Shown in pieces: positions 57,365 to 64,000 of a stretch of DNA of 64,000 nt (the stretch's first letter is position 1; each line of letters starts with the position of its first letter). Below the pieces are notes generated by a model, which was not told the origin of the DNA, did not search any database, and saw only the letters and a list, made by a program, of their open reading frames with translations. The stretch spans positions 51,646,001 to 51,710,000 of the forward strand of contig OZ024742.1 in assembly GCA_964016885.1 (NCBI GenBank), written 5' to 3'. The translations under genes were made by a program, and so were the position numbers. Origin of the DNA: Eledone cirrhosa (Eukaryota).

Positions 57365-59190
57365 GGACGGACGTCAGAATGCACACTCGAAGCCGAATTA
57401 GAGTTATCTTTAATTTTTTTATCGTGGCTAATTTATGCGATATGTTACTTTATGATTTCACCTGTCTACTCACAGGTTAACCAGGCATGACTGTCAACTT
57501 ATCCTGTAGGTACACTGGGGAAATTCTCTGAAGTAACATGTCTCAACATTCAGCCAAGCTTTTTGAGGATGTGAAAACACAAATATTGATTTACATAAGC
57601 TAAATCTTCTCATTAAAGGGACATTGAACTGTTCATATAAGCAATGTAATTCAAGAACAATTTCAATAATAGATGTGTCCTAAATTTACATGGAAAAGAA
57701 GAACTATTATAATCGAAACTAACTGATACTTTCTTTGGTATATATTAGATTATTTCTATGTATTATACTCTCCTGAATGTTTGTTAGATATATTTTAAAA
57801 TAAGCTTAATTATTGTGAGATGTTATATAAACACCTACATAATGGAAACTCACGCACGCCCCATCCATATCAATATTACAGCAGTTTCATGTTTGTTTCT
57901 ACTTTGGCAAAATATATGGCAATCCATAATTTTATTAATGAATTTGTAATGGAATTTAACTGCAGAGAATATTTCTTTTTCTGAATAAAATTATCATATT
58001 TTATAGAATACTTGCAGCAAGCTGGCGGTGTCACCTGTGTCAATAAAATATTAAACAAATTATACCAGTGATTAAAAGAAAATATTTCCATGTGTTTTCA
58101 TCTCCAATTTCATTATCTCAACAACAGAAATATATGCATAAATATCTAAAAGTATTTTTAAATGCACATTAACTCCAACAAGTACAAAGCAAGAAAATAA
58201 ATACACAATACATGGAATATACAGAGAAAAAGAAAGGTACGTTTATATCGTAAACAAGTTATTCTTCCATAAATATTTCGCATAAAAATAACAGGAACAG
58301 AGACAAAACTTAAATAATAAATAAAAGGAGAAATGATTAGGGATTCTTCACCCTTGTTAATAAACAGCCAATCACACTCGCTCATTTAGCCACACACCAC
58401 CTCTTTGGGCTCATTGTGTGAAAAGAATACTCACTTCTAATTTTATGGAGGAAAATTGCATACCCGGGACTGAAAACACAGTGTTCTCGATAGTTAATGT
58501 CTCGAAAAGGAATCGATGGCCATATCCGTGTATTTGGAATCACGAAGTAATTCTGATCATGACTGAACTCAACTCAAATGAATTGAGTTGAAAATAAAAG
58601 CCATTTTTTCGAAACTAAAACCAACAGTGACATTATCTTATTTGAAAATATTCCTTGTAAAAAAATAAAAAAATATAGGTGTAATGTATTATACAGGTGT
58701 AATGTGATAAGTGTAACGGGAAAAGAAATAAACAGATGTGCCAGTTCAACCATTGAGTTGTGATGAGTTGTGTCATTCAAACGCATGTTAACTACATCTT
58801 TTATCAGATTTAAGATGTCAAATCAAAAACATTTAATTTTAAATCACTTTAATGTGTTCAATATGTTTAGTTATTATTATTGGGCGGTGGATTCACCGTA
58901 TCAGTAGAGGGTTGGACGCCATGCTTTGTCTATTCCCTCGTCCTTTTTATTTAGATTTCCTCGAGAACATAACCTTATTATATAAGAAGCTGTCTCATGA
59001 GATCATGGCATTGTTAGGTGGAATCCCATGGCCCCTGTTGCCATTGAAAAATGTATCACAGCCTTATCAATAAAGGACTTCAACATCTGAAACTACTCTG
59101 TATTTTCTTTTTCTCTCTCTCTCTCTCGCTCTCGCTCTCTCTTTTTCTCTCTCTCTTTATATATATACATGTTTAAAAGATATATATATA

Positions 59191-59508
59191 CAGTGTACCT
59201 CCGGCATCAGTGGTCCATGTCATTCGCGAATTTTTCCTTAGAACCTAAATAATAATTCTTCGTGAAAACCACTGCATATTCGCGGAATCTTAAATATCTT
59301 CCCCATTTCTTGTATGGCTTTTTCCTGAGAATATATATTTTTCACGCTTTTAAATTCTAAATTATTAATACAATATACCGTATACTATATTTTACGTTAT
59401 ATTTTGACGTTTATTGGCCTTTTTATGGTCCACGTCCAATAGTCGCGGTTTTTCAGTCTTCGCGGGTGCTCTCGTAACGTGACCCCCGCGAATACCGGGG
59501 GACAAATT
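59191..59508. mobile_element. Pogo/Tigger-like MITE
   Basis: TA-cagtgtacctccggcat ... ccgcgaataccgggggaca imperfect TIRs; internal ttcgcgg repeats. Confidence 0.55.
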
Positions 59509-59523
59509 TATGTCTTTTAAATA

Positions 59524-60143
59524 TGTATAATTGATGCTCTGAACTAAGGGCAATTGAGTTTCTTTTATTGAGAAATACGATCGTTGGATATTTAAATTGC
59601 ATCGATACTTTTACATAGTATATAACGGCTCCAAATCTTCATAAATTTGTTTGAGCTGACTGATTGTGATGTGTTTCTCGGAGTCATTTCCAGCACTTAT
59701 AACGACTTGTCCTCTTTATATCTGCCCTCATAAATTAGACATTGTTTTCACGCAGAGTGGATGTGATTAGAAATGCTTCCTCTGATCAGATATATAGCTT
59801 TCGATAGCGTGAGCCATATATGAAAACAAATTCCACTGACGAGTCAAATTTGTCTTTTAACGCCGCATTACCAAAATCAATAGTTGATAATTGATAATCG
59901 ATTTCTTAGACCGATATTTTGAGTTAAACTTTATTTTCCGAAACGGCCAGCTACATATTATTTGCTCTATATGTATAAGTACATATTGCTATGTCGTTCT
60001 CAAAAGATATATTCCTTTTTCCCTATCTCTATATAGCTTATAAACTTGTATAATTGACGCTCTGAAATAAGATACATTGAGCTTTTTCATGAGGAAACAG
60101 GATCGTTACATATTTAATTTATATCAGTACTTTTACATAGTAT
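59524..60143. repeat. ~525-bp unit with ~100-bp diverged terminal direct repeat
   Basis: tgtataattgatgctctgaa...cttttacatagtata at 59524 and ~60047. Confidence 0.7.
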
Positions 60144-60145
60144 AA

Positions 60146-60261
<116 letters not shown>

Positions 60262-60407
60262 CACGCGAGCGTGTGAGTGTGGATTTTACACATCTCCCCA
60301 TGCATTGAGTACACACATGATTAGTGGTCTCTTCGGTCTCAGCACCACAGCAGCTATATATATATAGGATGTCCCAAAGTGTGTATACATTCTTTTGGCA
60401 CACACTG

Positions 60408-60443
<36 letters not shown>

Positions 60444-61282
60444 ATACATATAAGTGTGACTGTGTGTATGTGAGTGTGTCTATTACTAACTGCGAAGTTA
60501 TACTTTTTAATAATTTCTTTAAAAAATATATATAAATTAATGCAACACCAAACTTATATTTTCTATACAAATACAGATATTTCTATTTTCTAATGTATAT
60601 ATAAATTCTTATTTACGAAAGTTGTTTCAGCAATTACTAGAAAGGATTCTTTCAAAATTTAAATGTGCTATAATCATTGTACTTGTTTTCCAAAATAGAA
60701 ATCTATTATTGCGATAAAATGCATTGAATTCTGTTTTTTCTTCATTTCCTGTAACCATTGTATAATTGGAATATACAACATATAAATTGTAATAATGAAT
60801 TAAACATTGTAAATGCCTGGGAATTTTTTTCTTTATGATAAACATAAACTAAAGAAAGAAAAAGAAAAATTGTGAGAAATTGTTTGATAATGGAAAATAA
60901 GCAATCTGTAACAATGCATTAATAATAAACACTTGAAACAATTAAATAGTTTAATTAAAATTTTCAGGAAGCGGGAGTGGGTTGATGGTTGTAAATGAGA
61001 ACATTAAATATTAGAAGAGGAAAATGAGAATGTGGAGAAAAAAGACGAGCAAGCAAACGTCGATAATGCACAATAGCATTTCATTAGAATAGAATAAAAG
61101 GTGAAATATGATATGTATAAATATGATACTCAAAGTGAAGTAAATTGATCAAAGGAAAGAATCCCTGGGGATATGTTAGAGATCATCTACACGACAGTTT
61201 GATATGCACGAAAGAGCAGTTACACTCACTGCACTAAAATCACACTATACCCTAATAATTATAACCTATATACTACTAAAAA

Positions 61283-61358
<76 letters not shown>

Positions 61359-61369
61359 ATATATATATA

Positions 61370-62712
61370 GGTATGTATACGTACATACATGTATGTATAC
61401 AGACGTACAGTAGTATGTATATATATACATACATGCACACATATATATATATGTACGTATGGGTTTATCGAACATTTATTATAATGCTCGGTGTGTTTGT
61501 TAACAAACAGACAGCCTGGATTAAGCCGTACAGTGTTTAGCAACCATCGTTGCCCTTTTGTTCAACACTGACAAAAGAACGATGTACTAGTTTCATGCTT
61601 ATTAGCTATCGTCAGCATCGTATACCTTCCTGTCAGACGATTGAACGTCTGAAAGTATATACTTTCCTTATGCATATTAACGGCTGAGCAACCTAATTTG
61701 CATATCGAGTGAGTTAGTCGGCCGGGCGCACCGTAAACGATAAATAGAAAGAATGAAACGAAATTTCATTTCTCACTCTTAATTAGGCTGTTACTTAAAT
61801 ATAAGTATGTATACGCACATACTGCCAACTCGTTTTCGAGTACGGCCGCTACTTTATAACCATGTAGTAGAACCCCTACTGATGCGCTAAACGAGTGTGA
61901 CTCTTTAGTCCAGCCAGCGACTTGAAAACTCTGGTACAAACACTACACTTGTGACAATTATTGACACATAGTGCAAGGCCCATGGTACCATGTGACGACA
62001 AGTGTAGAGAGATCTCCAGATATAAAGCAATGCCTGTGCCGTGAAGCTTTTATAGTGAGCAAAGGCACTGCACAAAGCCAGTCCCACTCTCTTAACCAAG
62101 ATGATATTTACCAAAAAGAAGAACAAGTCAACATCATTGGATACCATCAGGGTTGCAGGTGTTATATCAGAGTTTTCCTTCTCCTAGAATTCTGCCTTGA
62201 CAAAGGCTAAGGGTTCATCTTTCCTTTGATTAATTTACTTCACTTTGAGTATCATACGCACATACATATATGTATACAGACGTACAGTAGTATTTATATA
62301 TATACATACATGCACACATAATGATATGTACGTATGGGTTTATCCAACATTTATTATAATTCTCAATGTGTTTGTAAACAAACAAACAGCCCGGATTAAG
62401 CCGTACAGTGTTTAGCAACCATCGTTGCCCTTTTGTTCAACACTGACAAAGGAACGATGTACTAGTTTCAAGCTTATTAGCTATCGTCAGCATCGTATAC
62501 CTTCCTGCCAGATGATTGAACGTCTGAAAGTATATAATTTCCTTATGCATATTAACGGCTGAGCAGCCTAATTTGCATATCGAGTGAGTTAGTCGGCCGG
62601 GCGCATCGAATACGATAAATGGAAGGAATGAAACGAAATTTCATTTCTCACTCTTACTACGGCTGTTACTTAAATATAAGTAATATACGTACATACATAT
62701 ATGTATACAGAC
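61370..62712 (-). mobile_element. Retrozyme-like family 2 dimer interrupted by a ~430-bp insertion
   Basis: Units 61370-61822 and 62254-62712; HHRs at 61580 and 62455. Confidence 0.85.
61823..62253. mobile_element. Insertion homologous to 2507-2905 with 12-bp TSD
   Basis: atacgcacatac at 61811-61822 and 62254-62265. Confidence 0.8.
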
Positions 62713-62914
62713 ATCAAACCACAACAGAAAATACACAAACCCTCCATTAATAAATAAATATTTATTTTCCTTATATTTGTAAGCATGTGTGACATCTTTA
62801 AAAAACTCATTCATATATATATATATACACACACACACATATATATATATAAATATATATATATATAGATACACAAAGACACACATATATATATATATAT
62901 ATGTACATATATAT

Positions 62915-63514
62915 ATACGTCCAATATTGTCATATATTCCAACTCACAACCCAAGATATACGGAAGCAAACAACTGTATCTACAACATCCCACTATTGAA
63001 ACAAGACTCAAGAATAAAAAAAAGCATTTGGAACACACAATATAATCAAAAGCAAAAGGCAACCTAATTCACTAAAAACATTATTCACCAATGCCAAATT
63101 ACCCACCACAAACCCCAAACCAACTGTCGCTCTAATTGCGGAACTTGCCTTCACCTCATTGAAGTTTCAATGTATACATTTCAATTAGGAAAGCATGTTG
63201 TTGCAAAAAGTCATTTCACATGTTCATGAAAATATTTACTTTATGCCATTAAATGTAAAGGATGTAATGAAGATTATATAGGGCAAACTAAAGTCACGCT
63301 CAGAAATAGAATGATAATTCACCGCCAACAATTACGAGACCCTACCACAATACAGATACCACTCAGTAGACATCTAGACATATGTGCAAACAACAAGACA
63401 CCCAAATGCCAGATCCTCCCACTTCATCTTTACACTGACAATACAACAAACGAAATACGAATAAATAATCAAAATATGTTTATTCAAAAATATAGACCAT
63501 TAAATATAGTTTAA
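62915..63514 (+). pseudogene. PLE (Neptune-like) linker + GIY-YIG fragment, paralog of 11630-12244
   Basis: PTHNPR, KSKRQP, CRSNCGTC, LLYAIKCKGCNEDYIGQT, RMIIHRQQ, IPLSRHL. Confidence 0.85.
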
Positions 63515-64000
63515 TATACATTAATATGTTATCAACATAACATGCTAACCATCCACACTCACATATAACACCTTTCTCTATATTCAAATATAAAATACCA
63601 GAGCTAAATATACTTTAACATACGTTAATATTTGAACACTTTAACATGCTAACCATAACCCCACACACACATAACACCCTTCTCCACTTCTACTACTGAA
63701 ATCATTTTTATTTCTATTATAAAGACGATAAACTGCTTTGTCACACATGCACGCACGCACGCAGACACACACACACACACACACACACACATACTCGCAC
63801 ACACACACACACACGCACACACACACACACAGCTACACAAATAAAAAAAATATATTTCTCTTTTCTACCCTGCCACCATCATCTCTGTCACCACCACTAT
63901 TGACACAAACATTCAATTTATTTCAATAGAAAATCTGAATTTTGACACCTCAGCAAAAGAAAACCCACACTCACTGAACCAGAACTGTATCTCCCCTCCT

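Overview
This is a repeat-saturated, AT-rich animal genomic window with no recognisable intact host gene. The tRNA-derived SINEs resemble those of octopod cephalopods (recognised from memory, not searched). It contains long (TA)n/(CA)n/(GAA)n microsatellites, decayed non-LTR retrotransposons (RTE, CRE, R4/Dong), Tc1/mariner-pogo MITEs and several Penelope-like elements (PLEs; RT + GIY-YIG). The main signal is RNA-level. By eye I can fold more than 30 hammerhead-ribozyme (HHR) or HHR-like motifs from about 13 sequence families. They include two homologous non-coding tandem-repeat families (467-bp and 424-bp units, one minimal HHR per unit; retrozyme-like) and a ~640-bp HHR unit that carries a SINE. 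Most two-armed HHR-bearing insertions are head-to-head, with the HHR on the minus strand in the left arm and the plus strand in the right arm, and usually end in (TA)n. This is the same architecture as the largest Penelope copy, suggesting a PLE-driven system of non-autonomous ribozyme RNAs integrated by priming from both target strands. Coordinates were counted by hand (+/- a few bp). Activity is inferred, not shown.
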